Shown piece after piece: positions 14,301 through 25,238 of a stretch of DNA of 64,000 nucleotides. Each line of letters begins with the position of its first letter. Position 1 is the first letter of the stretch. The stretch covers positions 18,822,303 through 18,886,302 of the forward strand of contig CM082577.2 of NCBI GenBank assembly GCA_040954595.2, in the 5' to 3' direction. The position numbers were made by a program, and so were the translations under genes. The stretch is from Balanoglossus misakiensis (taxonomy: Eukaryota > Animalia > Hemichordata). The notes below the pieces were generated by a model. The model made no database searches. It was not told the origin of the DNA and saw only the letters and a list, made by a program, of their open reading frames with translations.

Positions 14301-15506
14301 CCGTAGATCAAGCGATGAAAACCACTCGGCGTTACTAAGGTTATCAAGCGTATCCAATACCCGGGGTAATGCGTAAGCGTCTTTAATGGTTTTGGCGTTG
14401 AGACGTCTATAATCAATACACACCCTCAGCTTCCCATCAGGTTTTCTGACACATACAACATTTGAGGACCACGGGCTGTTTGATTCTCTAATCACACCAC
14501 TCTGTAGCATATCTTGCAGGTACTGTTGCAATTCTTCGTACATACCCATAGGGATTCGACGGTATTTATCTTTAAAGGGGGTTTCATCCGTTAACTTTAT
14601 CGAATGTGTTACCAATGTTGTGTGTCCCAAATCTCTCTCACCTGTAGAGAACACGGTTTGCCATTTACCAATGGTAGCCAAGGCTTGGTCTTTCTGGATT
14701 TCTGTTAATTCTGTATCTGCCTCTTGTAATCCCAGGTCTTTTATCAGCCAATCGGGTACTTTTGGTGAGGTGGTCCCATCTGAGTTTGTATCAATATCAT
14801 CTCCATATGGATCTAAAGGCTGTGAGACATTAGATGCTAAGTTCATGTTACATAGGGTGCTTTTAGGGGGAACTGTGACAGCACGTGCTCCATAGTTGGT
14901 CACCATTACTGGGATTCGACACGAATTACCACGAGGCTCTAACTTCAACACGGCTGGAGTAACAAGTAAACCACCAGGTAAAAGTCTGTCATTTTCTGGT
15001 TCCACCACAACTACTGATTGACAATTTCTTAGGTCCACTCTGCAAAATCCATGGATGACTGTGCGTTCGTATGGTCCAATGGTTGTGGGTTTAGTAGTGG
15101 TAACTGTAAATGTCCTACCTTCGGCCCTTTGCCGGTGGATAGTCGCTTGGTATGCTAGTCTCCATACTGAGGATAGGTCTGTACTGTACTGTGTATCTTC
15201 ATCCAAAAAATGTTGGAGAACATTTGTGCCTATCACAACTGGAACCATCTGATTATATTCCGTGTCTTCAACAACAAGCAATAATATATCTTTAGACATC
15301 TCTTGTCCATGGCTATCTGGGAATTTCACTTCAACTTCAATATAACCAAGGTAAGGAACTTCTGTACCACTAGCCCCTTCTACCTTCACCAAGTTGTTCA
15401 GGTCATGAATTGGTTTCTGTAGCTTCTCTCTGTTAAAAGTGTCAGCAACAGTAGATACCATGGACCCGGTGTCTATCAGCGCAATACACGAGGATCCTTC
15501 CAACAC
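11358..15506 (-). CDS. pol: Gypsy B Pol (protease, RT, RNase H, integrase)
   Basis: 1382 aa; LIDTGS, YLDD, TDAS..FTDN, HHCC zinc finger, D..DQG..E integrase triad; frame is open back to 15617. Confidence 0.97.
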   Translation of the reverse strand: MLEGSSCIALIDTGSMVSTVADTFNREKLQKPIHDLNNLVKVEGASGTEVPYLGYIEVEVKFPDSHGQEMSKDILLLVVEDTEYNQMVPVVIGTNVLQHFLDEDTQYSTDLSSVWRLAYQATIHRQRAEGRTFTVTTTKPTTIGPYERTVIHGFCRVDLRNCQSVVVVEPENDRLLPGGLLVTPAVLKLEPRGNSCRIPVMVTNYGARAVTVPPKSTLCNMNLASNVSQPLDPYGDDIDTNSDGTTSPKVPDWLIKDLGLQEADTELTEIQKDQALATIGKWQTVFSTGERDLGHTTLVTHSIKLTDETPFKDKYRRIPMGMYEELQQYLQDMLQSGVIRESNSPWSSNVVCVRKPDGKLRVCIDYRRLNAKTIKDAYALPRVLDTLDNLSNAEWFSSLDLRSGYYQVEMAEDDKAKTAFTVGNFGLFEFNRMSMGLTNAPATFQRLMEKCFGELAFRECCVYLDDIIVFSKTFEDHLNRLERVFQRLASHGLKLKATKCVLFQKKVKYLGHVVSADGITTDPDKVAALKEWPIPTTVTELRRFLGFAGYYRRFIQSYSNIAKPLNDLLCGRQSRNKAGKFEKLQWGQQEQQAFDTLRKSLMSSPILAFADYSLPFEIHTDASSTGLGAVLYQRQKGILRVIAYASRGLTKSESNYPAHKLEFLALKWAVTKKFNDYLYGSKFTVFTDNNPLTYVLTSAKLDAVGHRWLSDLSLYDFSIVYRSGKKNIEADALSRIPWNRENPETETNLGADVVQALCRATEGPYVTSFGMVADEDRPAVVQGGDDVFWKTEQSKDSTIRYVTDQLEKDHKPLMRDHTGDIRLLIRDWKRLVLKNGVLYRKCFIDDIQYLQLVLPVHHRKDVLEELHDKLGHFGQDKTLDLVRRRFYWPRMSMDVQKKVEHCLPCIRRKSSTSLPRTPLVNIHTSQPMEMVCIDFLHIPTPDQGYSNILVMTDHFTRYAIAVPTKNQSAKTTAKALFEHLILHYGFPGRLHSDQGRNFESSTIQELCRIANIKKSRTTPYHPQGNGMCERFNKTLLQMLGTMNEDNKTRWASHVNTMVHAYNSTKHESTGYSPFFLMFGREPRLPIDVSGHADQTNLEYGGTVSDYVTKLAERLDYAYKVATERSVKSGERQKKSYDRKVKVAIIQPGDTVLVKNTGPKDNYKLADQWEKDPYTVISQPIEDIPVYVVQKQVKGGRKRTLHRNLLLPIPIIPDELDDDVNTKMTQRDVKQSVPGVINNATQDAVDEEDDGIGKLQFVSTINLPTEHNALNPTAAEFIPSRRESSLMDNPTSMVNPDGPSQVLTSDFSNHILQSTDGWSSSDPDGITPATTNISPDSSSSTQPEPRYPTRQRRPPDRYSPEQWNLKQFAHTTLSSIPFINCHY

Positions 15507-15574
15507 AATCTCAGTTTCATTGGCGTGGCCTATTAGAGAATCAATAACATTAGAGGGACTGTTACCGTTCCGAC

Positions 15575-17095
15575 CTAGCGCATGTCCCTCCGGATGCCTG
15601 GTCGCTCCCCATTTAAAGGACAGTCTGTCTTTTTGTGTCCATGTTCACCACACTTGAAGCAGGTGCCTGGGAAAACTTGTTTGGGTTGGCGAGTTCCATC
15701 GTTGCCACGCCGATCCCGGCCATTTTCATTGTTGACACGTCGGCGAAAAGTAGACTCTGGAGTTGATGATGTTGAAGTTCGCTTCTCTAGTTCAGCAACC
15801 TTCTCAGCTAAGTTCTTCAGACCTTTGGTAAGTTCCTCCAATTTGGTTATCATCGTCTTGTCAGCAACAGTTGCTTGGTGAACCCTGGTAGTGGTCTCCC
15901 TATTTACTTCAAGCTTTCTTGCGGCTAGCAACAATCCTGAATAATCTTCTTCCGTATCATATCGGTGTCTGATTGCATTCTTAATGTGCTCATCTGACAG
16001 GCCAGAAAAGAATTTGGTTCGAAGCATGGTTTCTTCTGAATTACTAGAGATGGACTGACCTGATCTGAGTTCATCCAAAAGTCCTTCGATGCGACAGGCC
16101 CATTCTGCTACCTTTTCTGTCTTCGTTTGTCGTGCTGTATAGAATTTTTCCAAAACTGCTTCCGGTGGCAATACTTTCCCAAAGACCATGTCCATCTTCG
16201 CCATCAATCGGGACACTGTGATGTCTTCTCCCATATGTAGTAGGACTTCAGCAGCGGACGCTCGTAGGGATTTCCGAACAGCCTGCATAATTATGGTCTC
16301 CGGAAACACATTCTCCCTCTGTAGTGCTCGAACTTCATATCGCCACATTTCATAAGTGACATCACCTTTGCCAGAGAAGACGACTATTCTTGGGAATTCC
16401 ACCGAGTGAAAAGCAGTAGTGGCTGTGGCTGGCTGTGCAGCAGCTGCTTGGGCAGGTGAAGACATAATAAATGGTGAAGAATCTGCAACTGAAGTTGGTA
16501 CTGGAAATGCTGGAAATGGAATCGGCTGTGGCATAGGGGTTGATACGATTGGTTTCAGTGGAGCAGGTGATATGGCCTGTGCAACCGCTTTCCTATCTGC
16601 TTCAGACAGTAAACTCAACATGTTAATAATTTCCTGTACATCTGCTTTGGGTTTGGATGTCTTGGGATCACTGGTTTCATTGTAATCTAGGCCAGTACTT
16701 TGTTCGGTTTCCTCAATTAAATGCCACAGTTCCAACCCTCGGGCTGTGGTCACACGACTTGCCCGTAATTTGCTTTCTTCAAAAGTGCTTTTATGTATTA
16801 CTGGCAGAGCGGCTGTGGCTGATTCTATATTCTCAAATATGACAAAAGCGGAATCTTTATCAGAAATATAAATTTGATCAACCTGGGCCAAACCAAGCTG
16901 TAACTCGATAAATTCTCTAAAATGTTTCTTTGTACATTCAAAAGGCAAGTGTTGCACATAAATGCTTCGCTCTTGAATTGATATTTTGGACACAGCCATT
17001 TTTTTTCCCCAGAAAATGAAAGGCAATTTGGGAGGATTCTGACGTGTCGTTAAATACGATGCAATGCAAGCTATTTCACTGGAAAATCTTAACAA
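15575..17095 (-). CDS. gag: Gypsy B Gag: RRM-like N-terminus, PNMA-like capsid, CCHC knuckle (likely start ATG ~16999)
   Basis: SIYVQHLP..SAFVIFE; FSGKGDVTYEMWRYEV..IMQAVRKSLRASA; CFKCGEHGHKKTDC. Confidence 0.93.
   Translation of the reverse strand: MLRFSSEIACIASYLTTRQNPPKLPFIFWGKKMAVSKISIQERSIYVQHLPFECTKKHFREFIELQLGLAQVDQIYISDKDSAFVIFENIESATAALPVIHKSTFEESKLRASRVTTARGLELWHLIEETEQSTGLDYNETSDPKTSKPKADVQEIINMLSLLSEADRKAVAQAISPAPLKPIVSTPMPQPIPFPAFPVPTSVADSSPFIMSSPAQAAAAQPATATTAFHSVEFPRIVVFSGKGDVTYEMWRYEVRALQRENVFPETIIMQAVRKSLRASAAEVLLHMGEDITVSRLMAKMDMVFGKVLPPEAVLEKFYTARQTKTEKVAEWACRIEGLLDELRSGQSISSNSEETMLRTKFFSGLSDEHIKNAIRHRYDTEEDYSGLLLAARKLEVNRETTTRVHQATVADKTMITKLEELTKGLKNLAEKVAELEKRTSTSSTPESTFRRRVNNENGRDRRGNDGTRQPKQVFPGTCFKCGEHGHKKTDCPLNGERPGIRRDMR
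15611..15617 (-). promoter_or_regulatory. Putative -1 ribosomal frameshift heptamer U_UUA_AAU (Gypsy B gag-pol)
   Basis: Minus strand CCT TTA AAT near the gag end; the -1 frame is open and in phase with pol (37 codons upstream of the pol ORF start). Confidence 0.7.
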
Positions 17096-18067
17096 TAATA
17101 TCAGTATCTACTGGCATAGCACATACGTTAACAGGGACTGGACTAAGCATAGAATAGTTTACAGACACTGCCAAAGGTTCTATAGAGACTAATGTATGAT
17201 TTGGATGAATACGACCATTCATGGACAGTCTCAATAATAATGAAACAACTAAATAACTAATACAATAATAAACTAACTCAAGTCAATATACAATATTTAA
17301 CTTATAACTTAATATTTTTTTTTCAACTAGTGCTGAAATTTTTTTTTTTTTTCCACGTCGTTTGGAAAATAATGAACTGAAATTTACAAAGAAAATTATA
17401 CTTCAGCACTTAACCAAAATATACTGTTGAAAGAAAATAAAGTTTATATATATATATTTTTTCGGTTAAAGCAGGCTAAAGGCAACAAAACAGGGGTTTA
17501 TATCCACATGGAGCCCACTTCAACAATTAAATCAAAGTCAAAACTACTTTGACCACATTGCATTATATAGACAATATTGAAATTCCTAAGAAAAATTTAC
17601 AAACATTACGTTACACCAGGTTCTACGGCGAATAACCAGAAAGTTCGTTTGCAATAAAATACCCAGTCCACAAGTTCAAGTCAGAAGTTATCACAGATGG
17701 AAACTATGCGCCACGGACGGAATTTATGCGCACTGTCTATAGTTCGCACGGAATAACACTGTCAAGTTCTGGACACACAATACCTTGTATACCGCGATGA
17801 ACACTTCACACTAAACAGTTCCGGCCGGTAACAGTTCAGCGACTTCACCACTTGGCACTCTGCAGAGAATTTTCCTCGCCGTTGACGCTTGGACCTGGCT
17901 CCCGTCTGTCTGCAGTCCGGGTGGCTCCCCAAGGACGTCCAGCTCAGCGAAAGACACACCTGGTTGGGCGTTGTCCGTTGTCCAGACACTTCTGACCAGT
18001 TAAAACATGGCACTTGTCAGTATCATCCTCTCCGTCCCGAAAAAAGAACTTGCGTAGGAATTGCCAA

Positions 18068-18085
18068 ATCCTGCCGACTACGCCA
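18068..18085 (-). promoter_or_regulatory. Primer-binding site, tRNA-Ser
   Basis: TGGCGTAGTCGGCAGGAT, complementary to the eukaryotic tRNA-Ser 3' end ATCCTGCCGACTACGCCA, 2 nt from the LTR. Confidence 0.9.
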
Positions 18086-18087
18086 TT

Positions 18088-18729
18088 TGTCACGGTTGTC
18101 GCCGTTCATTCCAACATATTCACACCAAACAGGTTACGGTTAACAAAGACATAGGCCTTACATTTAATAACTGAAATGGAACAAATACATGTCAGTTCCA
18201 ACGTGTGTGGCCGGTCTGGCTACAGAGGTGAACTGCTAAATTACACACATGTATGGGAGTTCACCTCCAACAGAATACACCAAAATTCATGCAAGTGAAA
18301 AATATAGACATACAATTGGAAAATTGACGCAAGTTAAAGACACCAATTACTTGTGCTGAAATGAGTCGGTAGAATGCACCAAAATACAAAGCTTCAAGCA
18401 ACAGGTAAGGTACAAGGAAACTAACCTGAAATGGAACAAATACATGTCAGTTCCAACGTGTGTGGCCGGTCTGGCTACAGAGGTGAACTGACCAATTTTA
18501 TGCACCATGTCCTTTTATATCAGCAATTACATCATAGTGCCAGATTAGCTTGTGTTCATTGGTCAAATGAAACTTCCAGGTGGTTTGCATATAATTAAGA
18601 TCAACCAATTGAAGGTAAGTACTATTACGTCATATGAATAATTGAATAACTAATTACTATAAGATACAGGTATAACATACATACAGATATACATGTATAC
18701 AAATTCAATGGATCAACAAGGCCGTTACA
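18088..18729 (-). repeat. Gypsy B 5' LTR
   Basis: Direct repeat of 10657..11298, followed by GGTT. Confidence 0.97.
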
Positions 18730-19438
18730 GGTTTAATTTCCATTTATTGATGATCGCATAGTTATCAAATGAAAGCAACTAAAAAGGGCAGTTTTAATAC
18801 ATTTCAAGAGACGAAACATGCATAGAATAACTATGGTATTGGCTTCCATTATACTACGGACGTACTACACCTGGACAGCAGGACGATGCACCCGCGTTCT
18901 TTTCAACTCCATAAAAGGTGACAAAGTATTTTTGTAAGAAAAGTGGTTCGAAAAGGTGACAACGAGTGAGAGACAACAAGGGAGGGTATTGTTAATAGCA
19001 TTGTCTGTTTCACCATAGACCCTAGGGTCTATGGTTTCACTGAAACCACACCAAGTGTAAGCCTTGACAGATGGGAAACATCGGAGATGATCAGAACTGC
19101 ATGAACTTTTGTCCTCTGTAAAATTCAGTCTCTTGGTCGTAGAAGGGAATCTCTGGTTCAAAATTGTAGCCTACTACCCGAGAATATGTTGCTATGCTAA
19201 CGTCGTCGGTCGCGTGAGTGCAGGCGTGTATAAGCATAAGCTCGCTCCAACGCGTCGGCAGCGGACAACGGTACCACAAGTTGCTGACGTCACTCACTTC
19301 CGGGTTCGCGCAGTTTTTGGCTGGCTGTAGCTCTGTTATGCGTAAGTGAAAGTGAATGAAACCAACGTTTTTCATAGTATTTTTTTAATCGCATTTCGCA
19401 GAATTGGCTCAAAAACGGATCACAACGTTCCACTTTAA

Positions 19439-19947
19439 CCCTTTGAACCCCGCTCAGAGGTTTACCGCCGCAGGATGACCTTTTGACCCCTAATTTTTCA
19501 ATATGCTGACGTCAAGGCATTTTCCCGCCGACATTGTAAATCCAGCCATATGAAAGCAAGTTAGGAAGCTAGGGGACCCTAATGTGACCTTCCAAATGAC
19601 TTGAAATCGATTCCTATGCGAGCGACTACATAAAAAATAGTGATATCCAAGCAGCGATTTTTAGCGAAAGTTGACAGAGATTTAAAAATTGCGACCCGAC
19701 GACAGTTACGCAATGATCCATTGCAAGACGAGGATGCTTTCTGGGCTCATTTTGACCGAGTACTAGTAGATAGTAGCTCAGAAAGTGAAGATGAAGAACA
19801 AGACCAGCCTGACATCGTTACGGACCAAGATGGTGACCCCAACCGCGCGAACGATGAAGAAGAATTTGAGCCAGAGCCCACGATCCAGCCACCCCCACCA
19901 GTTCGGCAACGAGTGAGAAGACTGCCCCGTGCCCGCGAAGTAAACCC
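19439..19947 (+). mobile_element. Remainder of unit U2: piggyBac 5' part, truncated
   Basis: Resumes CCCTTTGAAC after TTAA; fused to a Gypsy A LTR at ~19948. Confidence 0.75.
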
Positions 19948-20332
19948 ATTACCCAATCAGCACGAATGTGAAGTTAACGTGATATAGTCCGGCCAATCAC
20001 AATTCCAGCCTACTTCCTGATAGGCTCAAGCAGCGGTAACTTTGCAAGGTTTTCCATGACATTCCCCCCAACTAGACTTGGTTACTCTCCGAGACCCAGT
20101 CATAGCAATCTAAACTACAATAACAAATGGAACACAGAAATCAATAATTCAAATACTAAGTCAAAAGAGCACATCACTGTTTCTGTTTTAAAGTCTTTGA
20201 CTCTTAGTGTTCGAAGGTGCAGTTCAATCTACCTTCTGTCTCAGTAAAATAAGTGTCCTTGTCAAATGGCACACGTATCCTGGTACCCATTTTGTTTTCT
20301 TCATCGTCAACAGGTGCTTGAAGTTTTCGTCC

Positions 20333-23300
20333 TCAACAGGCGCCTGTGAATCCGTAGAAAAGCGTTGGCTTCCGGCTTCTTTTAGGGTATCTCTTAGGTG
20401 TATCTTCGTCTCTGATCATTTCCGGTTCAACCCCCGGTGGATCATCAGTGGTTACATCCAGGGTTTCTCCGCCTACTGCTTCATCTGCATCAGTGTCAAA
20501 GTAGTGTTCTTGGGTTTCCGGTGGGGAATCCTCTTGACCGCTGGCATACGTCTTTCCATCAGCTGGCAATTTGTCAATAGGTTCTTCTGATTTTGGTCCA
20601 CTTAGGGTCCTGGTGTCTGCTTTCTGGGTCTCTTCAAAGGGATCTTCAGGTCTGTTTTCTTGCACCCTCTCATCTAAGGGGGCAAGCTTCACTTTGTCTA
20701 GCCAGCCAGGTAGGCCAGGACCTGTGTATCCCTTCAGCTTCTCAAAGTGAACCACTTTAAACTTTGTCCGGGGCCCACGCTGGATCCGGTATACAACTTC
20801 AGTCAGTCTGTTCACCACCATATACGGTCCCTCATACGCCATCTGTAGTTTCGGGCTTTGACCCTTCTTCCTCCTTTCGTCTCTTAGCCAAACAAATTCA
20901 CCAGGCTGGAAAGACTTATGAAGGGCATTACAATCGTAATATCTCTTATAGGTCCTAGTACTTGCCTTCAACTGCTCTCTTGCCCGGTAATGGGCATTTC
21001 GCAACTTATCGCGCAGTTTAGCCACATAGTCACCCCCAGATTCCTCCTCAAATTCAATCTCAAATATCAGATCGATGGGCAGTGTCACCTCCCTACCCAG
21101 CATCATCATATTCGGAGTTTCACCTGTGGCTGGGTGTACCGAAGAGCGGTCGCCATTGTAGCGCAAGACAGATGTTGGTCCCAGTCTTTTTGGTATTTCA
21201 GGGGGTCCATATAAGACTTTATCGTAGACACAAGACAATGGTTAAATTTTTAAACCATCCCGTCTCCCTGTGGGTGTCAAGGCGTGGTGTATGTTTTGTC
21301 CACCCCTAGCAATTTGCAGACCTCCACGAATACTGACGAGATGAAATTTCGGCCTCTATCTGAATGTACCTCGTGAGGCATACCAAACCTACTGAAAAAA
21401 TCGTCGACCAGTACCTTTGCCACTGTGGTTGCCATTGGAATAGGGAATGCCTCCATCCATTTGCTAAAATAGTCTCCGACAACCAATACCTTCAGGTAGC
21501 CATTGTAACTCTCCACAAATGGTCCCAGAACATCAATGGCCACCCTCTCCATGGGACACCCCACCACATACAATTGTAAGGGAGCCTTGTGCCTTTTACC
21601 AGGCACCCGCTTGCGTGAAACACACCTCACATGAACGCACCCACGATCTGACATCTACAGACATGCCATGCCAGTAATACCTCTGCCTCATCTTGTCAAG
21701 TGTTTTTGTCATCCCTAAGTGACCACCTGCGTTTGCATCATGCAACCCTCCAATCACCACATTACAGCCGACTCCCATCTCCTGTACAGCACGCCCCTGT
21801 AGACTATCAATTGTTCATACATAGCCCAGTATGCCTTCGTGGCTGCCGAACACGGAGAGATCTCATTCCAGTCTAGTCGACTTTCCCTCCCCTCCCTAGC
21901 CTTCAAGACAACTGAAATATCAGGATCACTAAGTTGACAATCTCTAAGCTTTTCACTGGACCAAACGACTTCCCTGGCAACAACCTCTGCCTTTGTTGCC
22001 AAGGCATTCTCCCCAATGCCCTCCGCGGTTGGCCAGTCCTGTTCATCACAGCTGCCAGGATCAAAATTTTCCCAATCACCTGGACAGCTGTCCTTGTTGT
22101 CATAGCCGTATCAAACAATCTGCAACCCTCTACTTTGGCATTTTTGTCCTGAGAACTGTCATCTAGTCTATCGGTCCCTCCACACTCTGGCAGTTCACGG
22201 TACAACTGTTCGAACCGTACAACACTATTTTGTCTCATCGATGGAGATTTGCATTCAAACTCTGGTGCAAGTGGATTCAACGCACCTGTACCATTAGTGG
22301 TGGTTGGTTCGTGTGCCATACCACACTGTTTGCACTCACGCACTGGTTTCCGAGATAGCGCATCAGCATTTCCATGGCGTACACCGGGACGATGGATACA
22401 GGCATAGTCAAAGCAACCGAGCGTCTCTAACCACCTCTGGGTTCTTGAAATTAAGCAACCACACTAATGCAGCATGGTCAGTCCTCAGTGTGAATTTCTG
22501 GCCCAGTAAGTAGCGTTTGAAGTATTTTGTGTACTCGATTACAGCCAACAGTTCACGACGCGTTACACAGTACTTCCTTTCAGCACCCGATAGCACTCGG
22601 CCCGCATAACTAACAGGTCTCTCTTGGCCACCCTGTACTTGGCTCAACACTGCCCCTATGCCAATACCGCTAGCATCTGTATCCAGTATGAACTCACCCT
22701 TTTCCATCGGAAAAGCCAAAACTGGTGCCGATGTTAGTCTTGCCTTGAGCTGATCAAATGCGTTTTGACAATTCTCTGTCCAAGCAAATACAGAATCTTT
22801 CTTTGTTAAGTCATGAAGAGGACGGGCCAATACAGCAAACCCCTGTACAAAGCGTCTGTGGTATGACGCCAGCCCCAAGAAGCTTCTTACTTCTGTGACT
22901 GTCTCAGGAATCGGCCAGTCTCTAATAGCCTTGACCTTTCCTGAATCAGTAGCAACCCCTTCCCGAGAAACACGATGCCCCAAAAACTCAACACTGCGTG
23001 CAAAAAGCACACACTAACTCGGCTTTAATTTGAGATTTGAATTACGAAGACGTTCAAATACCTTGCACAACCTTTCCAACTCTTCATCAAATGATCTGCC
23101 AAATATTATGATGTCATCTAGATACAAAAGCAGTATTTCCCACTGCATACCGGTAAAGACGCGCTCCATCAGACGTTCAAACGTACTAGGGGCATTACAC
23201 AACCCAAACAGGAGCACCCTCCACTGATAGAGTCCACTCCGCGTGACAAATGCGGTCTTTTCTTTAGATCCCTCGTCCAGTTCTACCTGCCAATACCCTG

Positions 23301-24657
23301 CTTGGAGGTCTAGCGTAAAAAACCATTCCGACCCGTACAACGCATCTAAAGAATCGTTTATTCGTGGTATAGGGTAGGCAGCTTTAATTGACACAGCGTT
23401 CAATTTTCTATAATCAACGCACAATCTTTGTGACCCATCTTTCTTACTAACAAGTACACACGGGGCTGCCCATGGACTAGTTGATTCTTCTATCAAACCC
23501 CGCTGTAACAAGTCAGAAACCTGTCGTTCTATTTCTTCCCGTTTCCATACCGGAGTTCGATATGCGGGTTGCCTTACTGGCGTGGCATTATTGGTTTCAA
23601 TTGTATGTCGAATGATCCCAGTTTTACCAATATCATGATCTCCCTGACTAAACACATCATGGTACAGTGTCAACATCTTTGAAACCCTTTCTTGTTGGTA
23701 AACTGATCAATTTTTGCAACTTCTTGTGTATAAATCCACTACATGACCTGGAAGAGGAACATTGCTCCCAGGGCAGGCTTTTGCCTTTTCAGTGCCAGAG
23801 GGCGCTCTATCACTGTCATTACCCCAAGATTCAACTGCACACTGATCGGTTCGGAGTAATCTCACAACAGTACCAGCCCTCACATGTACAGGTTCAACAC
23901 TAGCATTGAGAACTCTAACTGGTAAATGGGTAGATCTCGTGGTCACTAAAGCTTTACATGTCATAATGCCTTGCTCCAGCAATTTACCCCCTTGTACTGG
24001 TAACACAACCGCTGTAAGACAAGTATCCGGGGAAGACTTATCTGTTCTCCCCACCCAGGTTGAATGAATTCTCATTCCCTGTGCACACCCACTTCCAACC
24101 TTTGCTGGTCCCGCAAACCAAGGTTCACTGGCGATGGGAGTCCTACACATTTTAGCCGGAATAATCATTTCATGTCCAGGGGGAACAAAAACATCTCCCG
24201 CTACCTTTACACGACAAATGAACGGTTTCATTGTACCAGTGTTACTACATTTCAACCGTTCCCCTTTAATGACTAGCTCCCCTGTCCCTGTATCAATAAT
24301 ACACCCAATTGAATGTAGAAAGCTCATACCAATAATGCCATCAGAGCATATTTCAGCTACTAATACCGGAGAGATAGCCCTAGCCCCACCCAAGCAGATA
24401 TCTAGGTTAACAACTCCACTAACCATAAGTGGTGTACCATCAGCTTGGTTCACCTTTACATTTATTGGTTGCAATGCACCGTGAACTCCCACTGAAATTT
24501 TCCTATACATTTCTTCGGATATCACCATATCAGTTGCTCCCGTATCAACCAGAAAATTCCCCGATACACCACCGGCAGAGGCCTGTATGTACATACTTCT
24601 GACACTTGTATTGTTATTAGCCGGTTGAATTTCCCTAATATTTCCAGTAGTCTGCAC
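20333..24657 (-). pseudogene. pol: Gypsy A pol, frameshifted
   Basis: ORF pieces with DTGA (PR), YLDD (RT, 23014..23676), DTDAS/RTDH (RH, 22408..23010), HSDRG and GPY (IN). Confidence 0.93.
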
Positions 24658-24728
24658 ACACTGATCAACTGCCTCCCCTTTGGGTCCATACTGGTTGGCT
24701 GAGGGTTGACCCGACTTCCGCTCAGCCC

Positions 24729-25238
24729 CTAATCGTTTCCCGAAACCTTGGGTCGGGTGGGACAGTCCCGCTTCAGATGCCCTGATTCATTACAGTGCCA
24801 ACACAAACGGCCACCAGAGGGCGCACCACTCTGAGCTTGTCCAGATGGGTTTTTTATACTAGTGTTGACAACACGGGCCTTAACCTTTTGGTCAAGTTCA
24901 GCTAATTTGTCGGTGATCAAATCAACTTTGTTTGCTATCACCCCTATCACTGACTCCAGAGTCTGAGCCATTTTTGCGTCACCCGCTTCAATACCTCTCA
25001 CTTGTTTACCCAACCCTTTATTGGTTTCAGGGCCACGGCTTTTCTCTAATAACTGAAAATTCTCTTCCCAAACTGTAGCCTGTATAACGTCGTCAAGTGT
25101 GGCACTGGGGGTCCTACCCGCTTCATTAACACGCCTACGCATAGCAGAATCAGTCAATGAATTGAAAAATGCGTCTATACCGGTACATAGCCGTTCGAAT
25201 AGGTGACCTTTGGCATCAGGGTACCCAAGTGTTACCAT
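24729..25238 (-). pseudogene. gag: Gypsy A gag fragment
   Basis: Same translation as 1255..1764; CCHC knuckle. Confidence 0.88.

Larger units (their letters stand above)
10657..18729 (-). mobile_element. Full-length Gypsy LTR retrotransposon B, apparently intact
   Basis: 642-bp LTRs 10657..11298 and 18088..18729, GGTT TSD, tRNA-Ser PBS, open gag and pol. Confidence 0.98.
10173..19434. mobile_element. Non-autonomous Kolobok-like DNA transposon (~1.2 kb) hosting Gypsy B
   Basis: TTAA TSD at 10169..10172 and 19435..19438; termini AGAGGAACG/CGTTCCACT; subterminal IR GTGACGTCAGCAACTTG; absent from other units. Confidence 0.82.

Noticed and set aside
18068-18085. tRNA-Ser gene
   Set aside because: Only the 18-nt 3' end including CCA, next to an LTR, so it is a PBS
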